Part shown: piece by piece, positions 13,233 to 26,633 of the stretch
Layout of the letters: each line of letters begins with the position of its first letter
How positions within the stretch are numbered: the first letter of the stretch is position 1
DNA from: Monocercomonoides exilis PA203
Lineage: Eukaryota > Protista > Preaxostyla
Length of the DNA: 64,000 nucleotides
Direction of reading: 5' to 3'
Assembly: GCA_001643675.2 (NCBI GenBank)
Contig: LSRY02000016.1
Location: 868,001-932,000, forward strand
The notes under the pieces: model-generated
What the model was told of the DNA's origin: nothing
The model's database searches: none
What the model saw: the letters and a program-made list of their open reading frames with translations, nothing else
Made by a program: the position numbers and the translations under genes

Positions 13233-16200
13233 TCATTTCTTTGCTTTATCATCTGATGCTTTCTTTGTTTTATGAGCTTTTTCCTTCAGCTTTTCAACTC
13301 CGAGTTCAACAATAATATCATCGCCTTCCACCATTGGCTCCAGCAACGTCTTTCGCTTGTGCCTTTTCCGTTCGTCTTTCTCAATTCCGTCTTCTTCACT
13401 TTCTTCATTCAGATCTGCTTGCCTTGCAGTCTTTGCTTCTCCCTTTTTGGATGTTGCATTCGACTTCTTCTTACCTGATGATGATGATGTGATGAAACTG
13501 TCTTCTCCATCGAATGTCTCCAGAAACGTGTCAATTGTTGTTTCGCTTGTAATCCTCTGTATTTCAATGTCCTGCCTCATCTTCTTCTCTTCTTCTGCTT
13601 TCCTTCTCCGCTCTTCTGCCAGTCCTTTCTTCAGAAGCTCATCCTCTGACACCCTCTTTCTGCTGCTTCGTGTCTTTCTCTCTTTGTCTCCTTCTCCGCT
13701 TTCATTCCTCCCACTCTGATAGATGTGCGTGGCAAGCTTTCTCTGCTCCTCTGTCTTATCCAAAGACGATGCTGCAGATGATGATGATGAAAGAGGAGGA
13801 GGTGGCGGAGGCACTTGACGAGGTGCAGTTGGCTGAACGGGAGGATGCAAAGAAGGAGGCAGCGGTGGGGCAACGTGAGAATTGCGATGGAAAGCTCCAA
13901 AGAATGACGACAGACCAGAAGGTTTTTCTGATTTGAGACTTTTGCTTCCTGTTAAAGGTGGCTGTGGTGTTGCTTTTTCAGATGGAGTTGATGAAGGTGG
14001 CGACTGAATAATGAAAGGAGAATCAGCTTTCTGTGCTTTGCTAGCCGATGCTGCTTCAGCAGAATGTGCTGAAGAAGAATCTGCAGTCGATTCCGTTGAA
14101 GAAGAAGAAGCTGCTGAATCAGAGCAAAGGATGATTGGAATATTCACAGGCGGAAGTGCTGCTCGTTCTCTTTTGAATGCTGGTGTGCTGTCGCTTCTGC
14201 CCTCAGAATCGTCTTCTGATTCGTCTCTGTGTTTCCTCTTCGAACTGTCTTTGTCTCGTTTGTGGCTGTGGTGTGACTTGCGATGACTACTTTCCTTCGA
14301 CTCTTTCTTCGCTTCCCTCTCAGCTGAAGTGTGTGTGCGGTGCTTGTGATGCTTCTTGCTGTTATCCTCCAATACCTCATGCTCACCTTCGATGTTCTCT
14401 TCTTCACTATCGTTTATCTGAGGCTTGATTTCTTTCTCTTTCTCTTTCTCTTTCTCTTTCTCCTTCTCCTTCTCTTTTGATTCATGCCTCTTTTTTGAAT
14501 GTGCGTGATGATGTTTGTGTTCATGAATATGCTCTCGTTTATCTTTTTGCATGTCATCTCCAATTAAATCAATTTCTTTTTCTGGTTGTTCTGTTTCTTC
14601 TTTAATCTCTTCCTTTCTCTCCCTTTTCACATCCTCTTTTGTTTCTTCATCATCTTCTTCATCCTTGTCTTCATCATTTACTTTTGATTCTTTAAATTCT
14701 TCTTCTTCCTCTTCCTCCTCGATTTTTGTATCAGAAATTCTTTGTTCCTTCACTTTTTCTTTTTCCTTCATTTTTTCCTTTCCTTTTTCCTTTTCCTGCT
14801 TCTTAGCACTTTCTCCCTTTCTGTGGCGCTTTTCAGCCTGAACATTGACAATAAGTGTGAAATCATCAGGATCTGCCTCATCTTCCATCATTTGCCTCGT
14901 TTTTCCTATTTCTCGTTCTGTTGACTCATTTTTATTTTCTCTATCACTTTCACTTTCATTTTCACTTTCTATTACCCGCCTTTTTATTTCTGATGATTCA
15001 TCACTTCTTTCTTCTTTTTGTTGTTTGGAATCAGATTTTAGCTTCTGTGATTTCACTTTTTCGTGATTTTTCCGTTGTTTTGATACGGACGTATTTTCAT
15101 TTTCATGTTCAGTTTTTATTTCAGATAAATTTTCTGTTTTTGTTTTTTCTCCTTCATATTCCTGCTGTTCAGGTTCCTCCTTTTCTTCATCTTGCAAGTC
15201 CATCTTCTTTCTTTTTTCTGTCTTTCTCTCTTTCTGTTGCTTTTTTATCAGATTTTCGTCTTCTGACGAATCTCGTGAATGCTTTTGAATTATTTTATTA
15301 TTATTATTATTATCAGCAGAAGAATCACTATCATTCTCCTCTTTCTCCTCTTTCTCCTCTTTCTCCTCTTTCTCCTCTTTCTCCTCTTTCTCCTCTTTCT
15401 CCTCTTTCTCCTCTTTATCATCATCTCTTTGCTTTTCACTGTATTCTTTATGTTTTCTTTCGCCACTTTCATCAAAGTTATCTTTCAATTCTTCATTTCC
15501 CCCTTTCCCTTTGCCTTTCTCTCTCTTTTCGTTCTTTTCATTTTTTTCATTCTTTTCTTTAATCTTTCTCTTTCCCAATTCCTTTGAATGTGCTTTTCTT
15601 GATCTGCTTTTTTCATTTCGTTTTTTGTGCATTTTTGATTCTTCTTTCAATTCTTTGTTCATTTCATCTTCTCCATCCTCTTCAATCTTTTCATCGTTTA
15701 CCTCTTTTTCCTTAGTCTTGTCATCTTCAAGTTCATTGTCAATCTTTTCTTGTTGGATTGAGTCAATATCTTCTTCATTCTGTTCTTTATCTGTTACAAT
15801 CCGTATTTCTTCTTTCTTTGAATTCGCAGGTTCATTTGCTATTTTCTCGACTTTCTCGCTTTTCTTTGATTTTTCTTCTTTCTTCTTTCTTTTCTTATCC
15901 TTTTTCTGAATGGAAGAAGCAACTGATTTTTCCTCCTCTTTTTCGATCTCTCCAATTTCATCATCTTTTTGTTCATTCTTTTCTTTTAATTCACTTTCTC
16001 TGTGTTTTTGTTCATTCATTTCGTTTGCATCCAAACTTTCTTCTTTCCCATTTTTCCTCTTTTTTTCTTTCCTTTTTTTGCTCTTCTCTTTCAATTCAAC
16101 TGATTCCACATCGACTTTCAATGATTCTTTCTCTTCTGAAGCTTCAATCTCTTTCACTTTCTCCACTTTCTGTGACACTTCTTTCTCATCATCATGTTTC

Positions 16201-19200
16201 TCATCTTCTTTTGTCTCGGGTCTTTCTTCATTGTCTGAATCTGATTCTTTCTTTGAAAGAGAAGCAGTTTGAAGTTGTTCGTCTTTTATTGCTTCATTTT
16301 CATCATTTTTCTCTTCTTTGCTTTTTGTGTTGTTCTTTTCTGTCGCTTCTTCTTTCTTCTCTTTGATTGATGATGACTTCTCAACATAAACATTAGCATC
16401 AACATTCCCATTAAACTGAATGAAATCATCTAAATCTTCTTCTTCTTTTCCGTCAGTTGTGCTTGAAGATATTTCTTTTTCTTGTGTCAATTGAATTGCT
16501 CCCTGCGAAACGTTAGTTTCGTTTTGAGGGTTTTCTTTTTCGGCTTTATCTGAATCATCACATACAGTATAATTTTCTTTATTCTTCTTCTTTGATTTTT
16601 CATCTGAACTGCTCAAATCGTTGTCTTTTTCTGTGTCTTTCTCGTTTTTAATAATCAAAGCACCGCTTTCCTCTCCATCATCCTCAGATTCTGTAGCATA
16701 TTTCTCAATGTTATGAGATTCTTTCTCTTTCGCATCTTTTGTTTCAATGTGTTCTTTTGAAGGAAACTCACTTGCATCATCTACTTTATCGAAATTCTTC
16801 ATGATTTCTTCTGATAAATTGGATGAGCTTTGTTTAATCTCCTTCTTTTTGGCTTGCTCGTCAATTTCTGGTTCAATTGTGCTGTCAAGATGCAGTTTTT
16901 GATGCTCTTCTATTTCATCTTCAAAATCGCTTTCTAATTTTTCTATTCCATTTTTCTCTTTCTCTTTCTCTTCTTTTTTCTCTTCGTCTTTCTCCTTCTC
17001 CTTCTCTTTCTCTTTCTCCTTCTCTTTCTCCTTTTCCTTCTCTTTCGCTTTTGCTTCTTCATTTCTGGGTTCAATTTCTTCTTTTGTCTCCTCTTCTTCA
17101 GAGCTTTCACGATGTTTTCTTTGTATTTCTTTATTACTTTTTTCATTGGTAATCCTGATATCCAGTTCGATGAGGTTGTCATCATCATCATTTTCTTCTT
17201 CCTTCTCATCTTTGTTGCAATTTGTTTCATTGGATTCGGATGCTTTGCTTTCAACTTTCGAAGAAGAAATCTGTTTCATCTGCAGAAACTTTGCAAGTTC
17301 TGCTGTGATGTCATCATCTTCTTCATTATGGTCTGCTTCTCTTTTTTGTTCTTCGTTTTTATCTTTTTCTTTTTCTTTTTCTTTCTCTTTCTCTTTCTCT
17401 TTCTCTTTCTCTTTCTCTTTCTCTTTCTCTTTTTCTTTCTTTTTCTCTTCACCTTCATCTTTTAACATGCCAGTTTTATTTGAAGATATCTCTTTACTGA
17501 ATTCAATCATTTGCTCTTCTCTTTCCTTTGGATTATCTTTAGATTTCTCTTCCTGATCATCTTCGCTTGCTTCATCATCTTCCGATTTCTGTTCTTTTTC
17601 TTTGGATTTTGTGTGTTTGTCATATTCATCCTTGACGTCTCGTTTAATTTCCTTCTTTTTCTGTTGTTCTGCTTCTTCTGAAGAACTTTCGCTTTCTTCG
17701 CTGTTTTCTTCTTCTTTTTTCAAAATCTTCTGTTTCTGTGACACGTCTTTGTTGGCTTTGTTTGGTGAATTCTTTGAATTTTTCACCATTTTTTCATCAT
17801 TCTTTGAATGTTCTTTGATTTCTTCTTCTTCTTCTTCTTCTTCATTATCTTCTTTTTCTCGTTTTATCTTTTCCTTCTTGTCAGTTTTATATGTTTTCAA
17901 ATCATCATCATCATCATCTTCTTCTTCCTCTGAATGCTCTGTTTTCTTCTTCATTTTCTGCTTTTTATCATTTGCCTGAATCGCTTTCTTTTTCTTCTCA
18001 TTTGAACTTCCTTTCAATGAACGAGATGATTCAGATGAGCTTTTCATTGAAGATGAACTGAAATCATCTGCTTCAGAGCTGTCTGCTGAAGAAGACAATC
18101 GACTTCTTTTGCTTCGTCCTCTTCTTTTTGCCTTTTGTGAAGTGGAATTTTTGTTTCGCGAATGGAATTGAGGTTGAAGTGAATTGTGATGTGAAGGAGA
18201 AGATTGAAGTGAATGCGAAGGAGACGGAGATGTTGATGATGATGATGATGATGAAGGAGAGGAAGAGGAAGAAGAAGAGGGAGATGAGGAAGGAGAAGAG
18301 GAAGAAGAAGAGCGTCTTCTTGAACGTGATGGGGTGCGAATAGCAGCAGCAGAAGAAGAAGAAGACGAAGAAGACGAATGAGACGCAGAGGATGATGATG
18401 GAGATGGTGAATCGCTTCGTCTGCGTCTGTGAAGCGGCTGTTTGTGCTGTGAAGAATCCGATCTCTTTTCAGAAGAAACAGCACCTATTTTTATCTTCAT
18501 TGAACTCTCTTTTTGCATTTCACTGTCTTTTCTGTGCTCATTTTCTTTCTTTTGCTTCTCAGAATGTTTTGATTCTTCTGAATGTATTTTGTTCCTTTTC
18601 TTTTTCTCCTTTGGATGTGTTGAACTTTTCGAATCACTTTCTGTTGATGATGATGAATTGTCATCTTCACTTGGAGGGTCACTCTTCGAAGGAGATGATG
18701 AAGTGGGTTCTCTTTCTTTTGAAGAAATTCTGTTTCGACTGTTTCTGTCTTGTTTCTTCTTTTCTGTTTTAATTTTGTCTTTGTTTTCATGTTTTTGCGT
18801 TATTAATAGCTCATTTGAATTCAAGTTTTGATGCCTTTTATGTTTCTCATCTTCCTCCTCCTCTTCCTCTTCCTCTTCGTTTTTCTTTGAAGATAATTCT
18901 TCTTTTTCTTTTTCTTTTTCTTTTTCTTTCTTCTTCTCTTTCTTTTGGCTTTTCTCAATTTTTATTGCTTCTTTGACTTTCTGAAATAAAATCTCTTTTT
19001 CTTTCTCGTCAAGTTTCCCATCTTTCAATTTTTGGCTTAACTCATCTTTTTCACTTGCTTTCCTGTCCATCTGCTGCTTCAATGCAATCTGCAACGCCTC
19101 CTTCATTTTCCTCTTTTTTTCCTTCTTCAACTGTTTTTTATCCATTTTGGTTATTTCTTCTTCACTTCCTCCTCTTTTCCTCTCTGAAATCGTCCCATCT

Positions 19201-20910
19201 GCTGTGATTGTTATTGCTTCATTGCTTTTTTCTGTGCTTGACAAACAAACTGCAACTTCTTTCTTCTTCGGAGGATGAAGTGGATCAAAGCCAGAAGAAG
19301 CAGAAGAAGTTGTAAGTGTTGCTGCTTGTTCAGAATCAGCTGTAACATTTGCTTCTTTTCCTTCTTTTCCTTCTTCTCCTTTTTCTTTCTTTCTATCAGC
19401 AGAAGAATTGGCTTTTTCATCAGTTGCTTCAGATGCACTTGTCTCTCTGAGCTGCTTCAGTCTTTCCAAATAAGAATTCTTCAGAACGAACTTCTTTGCT
19501 GGATGCTTTTGCGAAGTGCTTTTCAAAGACCCGTCTGCTTGTTCGTTCTCATTCTCATTTTCATTCTCAGGCGACGAAAGAGATGCCTTTGACGTTGACA
19601 TAGCAGAAATCTCTTCATTTGCCCGTGCAGATGAAGATGCCTGTGAAGTTGCGTTCTGAATGGTTGGAGTGGCTTTTCGTGAAATGTCCTTGTTTGACGG
19701 CGACGAAATGAGTGTTGGTGAATTCTGTGTTTGGAGTGAATGAAGCGAGGCAAGCGATGCAGACTGGCTCAACGGCGAGCCAACTGAGGATAAAACAGAA
19801 GATGATTGTGAAGGAGATAGATTGGGTGTCTGAGGAGTTGAGGAAAGAGGAGGAAATGAATTATCTGAATCAGCTGTTTGCATCGTTTTCTTCTCTTCCT
19901 GTTTGGCTTTCTCCTTCTGTTCTTTCTGCTCCTTTTGCTGCCGCTGCATCTGCATGCGCAGAAGAGACCGCTCTCTCTTTTTAACGAGGTCTTCAATTAT
20001 TTTCTTCTGCTTCTCTTCAGAGTCCTTGTCCTGAAGCCACTTCTGGAAGTTCTCAACAGACGTCTCACGAGATTTTTTGAGAAGGGCTGTCTGCATTGCT
20101 ATCTCATTCTCGCGCATCCGCATGATCTTTCTCTCTTCGATAAGAATCTTTTCGTGTAAAAAGCACATCGACAAGAAGGAAAAGATTTCATTCAATCCGA
20201 AGCCCATTTTCAGGCTTCCATATATAACTGGAACAGAAGGATGAGAAGAAGAAAAAAGTTGAACTTGTGCCTTTTCAATCATCGTTGTTGATTCAAGGTC
20301 AACAAAATTTATGAAAATTAGCGATGAAGTTGTTTTGGGAACATCTGAAATCTTCTTTATTACATATTCCCAGCTTTGTTCAGAAGATAGGCTGCATAGA
20401 AATATAGCTGCATGAGCGTTCTGATAAACATTTATCGTTGTAGAGTCAATAGACGGAGCTGAAGTTGTCTTATCGTCCTTTTCGTTCTGCGAAGGAAAAG
20501 CAACATCAACAACATCCCAAATCTTATACGCAAAATAATGTTAAAAGCAAAATATCAAAAATGAACGCAATACCTCTAAAATATGTTTTTCTTTCTTTCC
20601 CACTTCGAAAATTTATAAGCATTCCTCATTTAAAAGAAATATTGTTTAAAAATGTCAGCAAACGTCTTTCGCTAATGTCAAACGATTGGCAGGCAATCGA
20701 TGACGTTGGAACATAAAATCTTGAAAACGGAATATTTTGCAAAATTCTGTACAACTGAGTCTTTCCAACTCCTCGTTGTCCCCTGATAACAAGCTTCATT
20801 GAATAAGTTTCAGCTGTTGCTTTAAACTGAAGCGTTCCTACATGATCCACTACTGAATCATGGATTACCAAATCGTTTTTAGGCTGCTTTTTCTTTAAAA
20901 AAGACAGCAT
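13233..20910 (-). CDS. RABL6: Rab-like protein 6 (RABL6/RBEL1/PARF) with a very long charged low-complexity tail (~2521 aa)
   Basis: Exons 20910-20664, 20602-20574 (29 nt) and 20522-13233. Motifs YSMKLVIRGQRGVGKT (G1), FYVPT (G2), EIWDVVD (RABL6-type G3), NFVD (G4) and SLKMGFGL (G5) parallel human RABL6 YNMKIVIRGDRNTGKT / EVWDVVD / SMKNSFGL (human motifs recalled, not aligned). Confidence 0.82.
15336..15416. repeat. 9 perfect copies of CTCCTCTTT encoding (KEE)9 in RABL6
   Basis: Read directly. Further (KE)n hexamer runs occur near 14430-14475, 16990-17045 and 17363-17445. Confidence 0.9.
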
Positions 20911-21251
20911 ATAAAATTAGATAGCCTATAAAAAGCTATTTTTAATTATTGATCATAAATACCTCAATAATTTCAAGTTGAACTCGATAATAAAGAACAA
21001 TTTGCAAAAGATGATCAAATATTATATATGAATGCTAAATAAGACAAATTTGATTGTTCACATTTTTGATCAATTGTGACCATATTGTTTCATCATTCCT
21101 AACCTTTTTTGATATTCGTGTTAAAGAAGTGTAGGATTTGCAACAACGCTACGTTGAAATGTTTACTTGTTATAATCATTTTTTATTTGATAACATTTAT
21201 TGAAATTTGATATTTTAACCTTTATCAATTCAGAATATTTTCATTTGCTAA
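20911..21251. promoter_or_regulatory. putative bidirectional promoter (RABL6 / cyclase)
   Basis: 341-bp gap between divergent ATGs, containing three TGATCA palindromes (20950, 21012, 21067). Confidence 0.45.
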
Positions 21252-24200
21252 ATGCATCGTATCCCTCAGCAACGAGGTTCTTTTAATGCAAATGTGCACT
21301 ACATACATGTTGGAATTTTGAAACTTGTTTCCAGTTCTTCAAATGAAAAAGAATTTCGAATTACAGAGAAACGAACAACAATTGGAAGAGGATCATCAGC
21401 TAATATTCGCATTATTGAAAGAGAAATTTCCAAAATTCATGCTGTAATTTATAAAAAAGGAAAACATTTTTATATAAAGGATTGCCACAGCTTGAATTCA
21501 ACAACCGTAAATTCAAAACGAGTCTCAATTTATGAAACTGTTGATAAGTCTGGTCAGAAAATTCAAGAAAGTAAAAAAGATATGAGCCCAATTGATAGAT
21601 CGGAAGATACAATGGGAGAACCGCTTGCATCTGGAGATAAAATTGCATTTGGAACATGCTTTGTCACTTTTCAGATCACAACAGAAGCTGTGGAAATGAC
21701 TGATCCGACAGATCCTCGCCAAACAATGAAAGTCGAAGAAGGATTGAACGTAAATACACAAGAAATGGATTTTCCGCCAAGTTCTCAGATTACCGATGAA
21801 TATTCTCTTCGAGCAGATTACGATAAATTAAGAATAGCATATTTATTCAACAGGCAAGGCTTTGATATGGATATCGAAAGCATGACTCCGAAAGCAATAG
21901 TGTGTCTCTTTAATACGATTATGTTATATTTTACACATTCAATTAATTCTATTTAAACATTTTTCATCATCATTATTATTTCTATGAAAAAAATAGAATG
22001 TGCTGTTCAAGCTGTTTCCTCGAGCGGACCACATTGTTGTTCTGATTGTCGAAGAAGGGCAGAAGAAGATGCGGATGATCGCCGAGCGGTACCGCAAGCG
22101 GAAGCGGGACAGCCGGCTGACGCTGAGCGAGGAGAGCGACGAAGACAGCGGCCGAGGCAAGAAGAGGGGAAGAGGCAGAGGTGGATTAGAGGAAGGAGGG
22201 AGCGAAGACAGTATCAGCAACATCCTCAGCAATAACAACAACAACAATGGAGATGAGGAAGTCAGCGAATCAGACGAGGAGAACGCAGAGGAAGACTTCG
22301 AGCACGAGAAGTTCACGTTCTCTGAGGCGCTGGTGGAGTATGTGCGGAGGCAGAAGCAGGTGATTCTGTCTTCTGACCGGCAAGCCGACGACCGCTGGAC
22401 GATGAGCAAGTCGATTGCGTGTGCAAGTGCACGCTCCACACTCGCTGCGCCGCTGATCGGCGGAGGGGAAGTTGTGGGCGTGGTGGTGCTGGACTGTGCA
22501 GAGCGCGATGCCTTTCAGAAGAAAGACCTGTCGCTTCTGCAGTCAGTGGCAAACCCCATCGGCAAAGTGGTGTCGAATCAGAAGCTACTTGCACGAATTG
22601 TCAAGGAGGAGAAAGAGCAAGAGAGCCTCCAGCGGTTCTTCCCACAGCAGGTGATGAAGCGGATCCTGCGTGAGAACCCGCTGCTGACGCACCGCAGCTG
22701 CATCGAGGCCAAACACGCCACGATCTTCTTCGCAGAGCCGAAACGTGTGCTCCCTCGCTCCGCCGCGCATTCGCCTGCGGAGCTGTTTGGCTTTCTGAAT
22801 GACTACTTTGGGAGGATGGTGGAGTGCATCTTCGAGTTTGACGGGGTGCTGGACAAGTACATCGACGACATCATCATGGCGACGTGGGGCGGGCAGCTGC
22901 TGGAGGAAGAGAAGGAGATGCCGAGCGAGATGATCACACTGAAGAGCGTCAAAGCAGCACTGAAGTGCAGACAGCAGCTGTGGCTGTGGGACAAAGAGCG
23001 GAAGGAGAAGTGGAAGGAGAAGATGAGGGTGTGGACAGCTGCGAAGCAGGAGAGAGAGAAGAAGCTGAAGGAGCTTGCGAGGCAGCGGAGAAAAAGGAGG
23101 GAAAGCAGGAAAAATGGAAGCGCCAGCGAGAAAGATGCGCTTCCAGGTGCAGATGCTGACATTGAGGTGGACATTCCAATGCCGCCATGCCCTCCTCCCT
23201 TCCAGCCGTTCAGCATTGGAATCGGCATCAACACGGGACATGCAATTGCTGGGTTTCTGGGAGCAACCACCAGAATGGAGTACACGATGATTGGAGATGC
23301 AGTGAACCTTGCCTCTCGTCTGTGTTCTGCTGCTGAGCCGCACCAGATCTTGATCAGCGAAGGCACAAAAGAGCAGATCGAAGGGTTGCTGAGTGTGAGG
23401 GATCTGCCAGAGCTGCCGTCGGCGGCAGGAAGTGTGATGTCGGGAAGCAGAGGTGACGATTTAGAGACAGAAAGAGAGAGGAACGAGAGGGAGAAAGACG
23501 AGGTGGAAAGAGAAGACACACCGAATGAGCTGTGTCGGACAGATCTGAAGCTGAACTCGATGAATCTGCTAGCGACGTCCCGGAACACGGAGCAGCAGTG
23601 CTACGAGCAAGGCGAAGACATTCTTGTGATTGAGGTGCCGGCAAAGAGTCTGAAGGGGTTCAAAGAAAAAGTGCGTGTGTTTGAAGTGGAGTATGGATGC
23701 AGAGTGAGGCATCCGCGCAGAAGGCATTCGATCATGTCGTACAGGAGCAACAGAGGAGAACTTGCGGACACAGCGTCTGAGACGAACTCGTACCTCACCA
23801 GCCCAACCTCCTCCAGCATTGACTCTCCATTCTCGGCTTCGATACGCCCGCCATCATTTTCTTCGGCTTTTCCTTCTTCTTCTACTGCTCACGCAACATA
23901 TTCTGGTTCCTCTCATTCATCTGCTGTTTCGCCGCCAGCAACTGCCCTGCCTTCTCCCACAAACCCGTCTGCTACATTTCATTTCCCCAGCCCTTCTTCT
24001 TCTTTACCCTCGACCCCCTTATCATCAGCTTCCTCTTCTCCTTCCACTTCTTATATCTCTGTTCCACATACATCTCACCCAAACAATTCTTCTTCTTCTT
24101 CTTCTTCACATTCATCTTCCTCCTCTTCCTCTTCCTCTTCCTCTTCTTCCCGTCCTCATTCCCGTCCTCATTCGCATTCCATTCCTTCATCTGATGGCTC

Positions 24201-25890
24201 CTCTACATTTCGTTCATCTCGTTTGTCTCCTGCCCCGCCACTTCAGCCAACTTCACACCGTCTTCCTAACACTCCAACCACTTCTTCTTCTGCTTCTTCT
24301 ACCACTTCTTCTTCATTGAACCCTCCTTTTTCCTCTGAATATGAAAATTCTTCTTCTTCTTCTCATCACACCCGACGCCTAAGTGAATCTAACAACTCCG
24401 TCCATTCTGTCGCATCTGTCCATTCGATCTCTTCGTTCACCTCAAATCTCTCCCATCTGCCTTCAGATGCCGTGCAGCATGGCGCAAGCCAATGGGACGC
24501 GAATTCTGTCTCAACTGTAGACAACTGTGCAAATAGCATCGTTTCTTCGGCTTCGAATGGGACTTCTTCTTCTTCTTCAAGGCGCTCGCAGACACAGTAT
24601 AGCATTAATACTACAACCACAACAGCTACAACCAATTATGCTAATGCTGACGCTTCTTCTTTCCCTTCGAATCATTCACAGGCTTTTTCGGCTCTTTCTT
24701 CTACTTCTTCTTCTTCTTCTTCTGCCTCTAATTCTAACCCTTCTTCTTTTTCTCCCTCTTCTTCTGAATCTGCCTCACTTTCTGATCGTCATCCAACTCG
24801 CCATCTTCATCCTCCGAATCCAACAATTTCAGCAAATTCTCAAACACAACACTCAAACAAAGAAACATCTGTTTCCTCTCATCCAGCTGTTCCGCCGCTG
24901 TTAAGCACAAAGTCTTCAGCAAATGGAGACTTAACACACACACACCCCAAGCTGGCTCCTTCATCCTCGCCTTCCCCTTCCCCTTCTCCGAATTTCTCCG
25001 TTTCTCCGACGGCATCAACATCAGCTGTTACAACTGCTTCACCGAACTCGTATTCTCCCTCTTCTTCCATCTCATCATATACTTCATCATCATCATCTTC
25101 TTCTTCTGCTTCTAATTCTTCCACTACCAATTCTTCTTCTGCTTGTTCATCTTCCTCCTCCTCCTCCTCCTCTTCTTCTTCTTCTTCTTCTTCTTCTTCT
25201 TCATTCGCCAGCAATACAACTCAGTCTGCTTCTCCTCATCCCCGTCGCCGTGTGTTCTCAATCTCTCCCACTTCTTATTCGCCTCGCAGTCTTGTCTCAA
25301 CCTCTCCTCAGTTCAATTCTTCCTCTTCCTCTTCCTCTTCTTCTTCTTCTCGTACTTATTCCTATTCCATTGCCTCTTCTTCTCCTCCTCCTCCGTCTTC
25401 CCCTTCTCCTTCGCCTTCTCCTTCTCTTCCTTCTCCTTCATTGTATAACATTCCTGTGCGTCTGCCCCGCCATTCTCTTCCCTGCAGCAGTCCTTTGTCT
25501 CGCTCCTCTCAGTCAAACACAATGAATTCGAACAGCGCAAAGCTTTCTGCTGCAAAAAGCCCTTCTTCTTCTAATACTTCTTCAAATTCAAGTTCTTCTC
25601 CTTCTTCTTCTTCTTCTTCTCAAAAACCGTCTGATAGCATTTCAAGTGCTTCAATTGAAGGAGAAAGAGGAGAAAGAGGAGAAAGAGAAGAAAAAGGAAT
25701 AAAAGAAGAGAAAGAAACAAAAGAAACAAAAGAAGAGGTAACAGCGAAAGTACCAGTTTTACGAGCAGATGCAACAAAACTGAAGTCTTTGAAGCAGTTT
25801 GCGCCGTCGCTCATTCCGAAGTTCAAGAAGAAGACATCACAATCGCCTTCTTCTCCCAGCGGAAGTCCTACACAAGTGGAGAAGAAGTAA
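21252..25890 (+). CDS. FHA + GAF + class III nucleotidyl (adenylyl) cyclase with Ser-rich tail (~1513 aa)
   Basis: Intron 21900-21996. FHA: [12 protein letters not shown]...ISKIHA...[11 protein letters not shown]: [20 protein letters not shown]...FQKKDLSLL. Cyclase: [38 protein letters not shown]. Confidence 0.88.
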
Positions 25891-26575
25891 GATTGTGGAG
25901 AGGAAGAAGAAGAAGAAGGAAGAGGAAGAGGAAGAAGAAGAAGAAAGAGAAGGGGGAGAAGAAAACGGAGAGGAAGGAAAAAGATGGAGAAAAAGAAACG
26001 AATTGTTTCTATTGTGGGTGTGTGTGTGTGTAAGCGTGAGTGTGGGAGTTTGCATGTGTGGTTCTTTTGTCTTCTTACAGGAAGAGAAGGAGAAGTGATG
26101 GTGATGATGATATTCAGTTGCATATTTCTTCAGAAATAATATTTTTTTTTTCAGTATTATTTTCCAGAGGTTTTTCCAGAGGTTTTTCCATATATATATT
26201 GTTTTTTAGTGTATGTGAAGATAACTTATTTATCTTATAGATTTAAAAAAAAAAAAGAATAAAAGAATAAAATAAATAAAATAAAATAAAAAATGGAAAC
26301 AAAAAAATGTGTTTGTGAATGCTTCTTCATTGAATTTTCGTTTCACTCAGTGATATTTCAATATGAAATTAGCATTTTTTAGAAATTTTCTTTGAAAAGA
26401 AAAATTTTATTTCATTTTCAATTTTTATTCTCTTTCTCTCTCTCTTTCTTTCTCACTCTCACTTACTCACTATTTGGCGATTCATCTCTATTAATTATGT
26501 TTTGATGTGGTTGTGTGGGGAATAAGTGTCACTGAATTGTCAAGTGTACGCCTCTTTTTTCAGAGTTTGGTTAGC

Positions 26576-26576
<1 letters not shown>

Positions 26577-26630
<54 letters not shown>
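26577..26630. repeat. poly(T)54 homopolymer
   Basis: Read directly from the sequence. Confidence 0.9.

Positions 26631-26633
<3 letters not shown>

Noticed and set aside
9391-26190. Short tandem duplications (13-mer TAAAAATAAATAT near 9391-9429; 12-mer TTTTCCAGAGGT at 26160-26190)
   Set aside because: Two to three copies in AT-rich DNA are consistent with ordinary slippage, with no sign of function.
26577-26630. Long poly(T)/poly(A) runs (also 8806 and 54517) as retroposon tails
   Set aside because: No target-site duplication, Pol III boxes or adjacent repeat body were seen. Homopolymer lengths may also be inaccurate.
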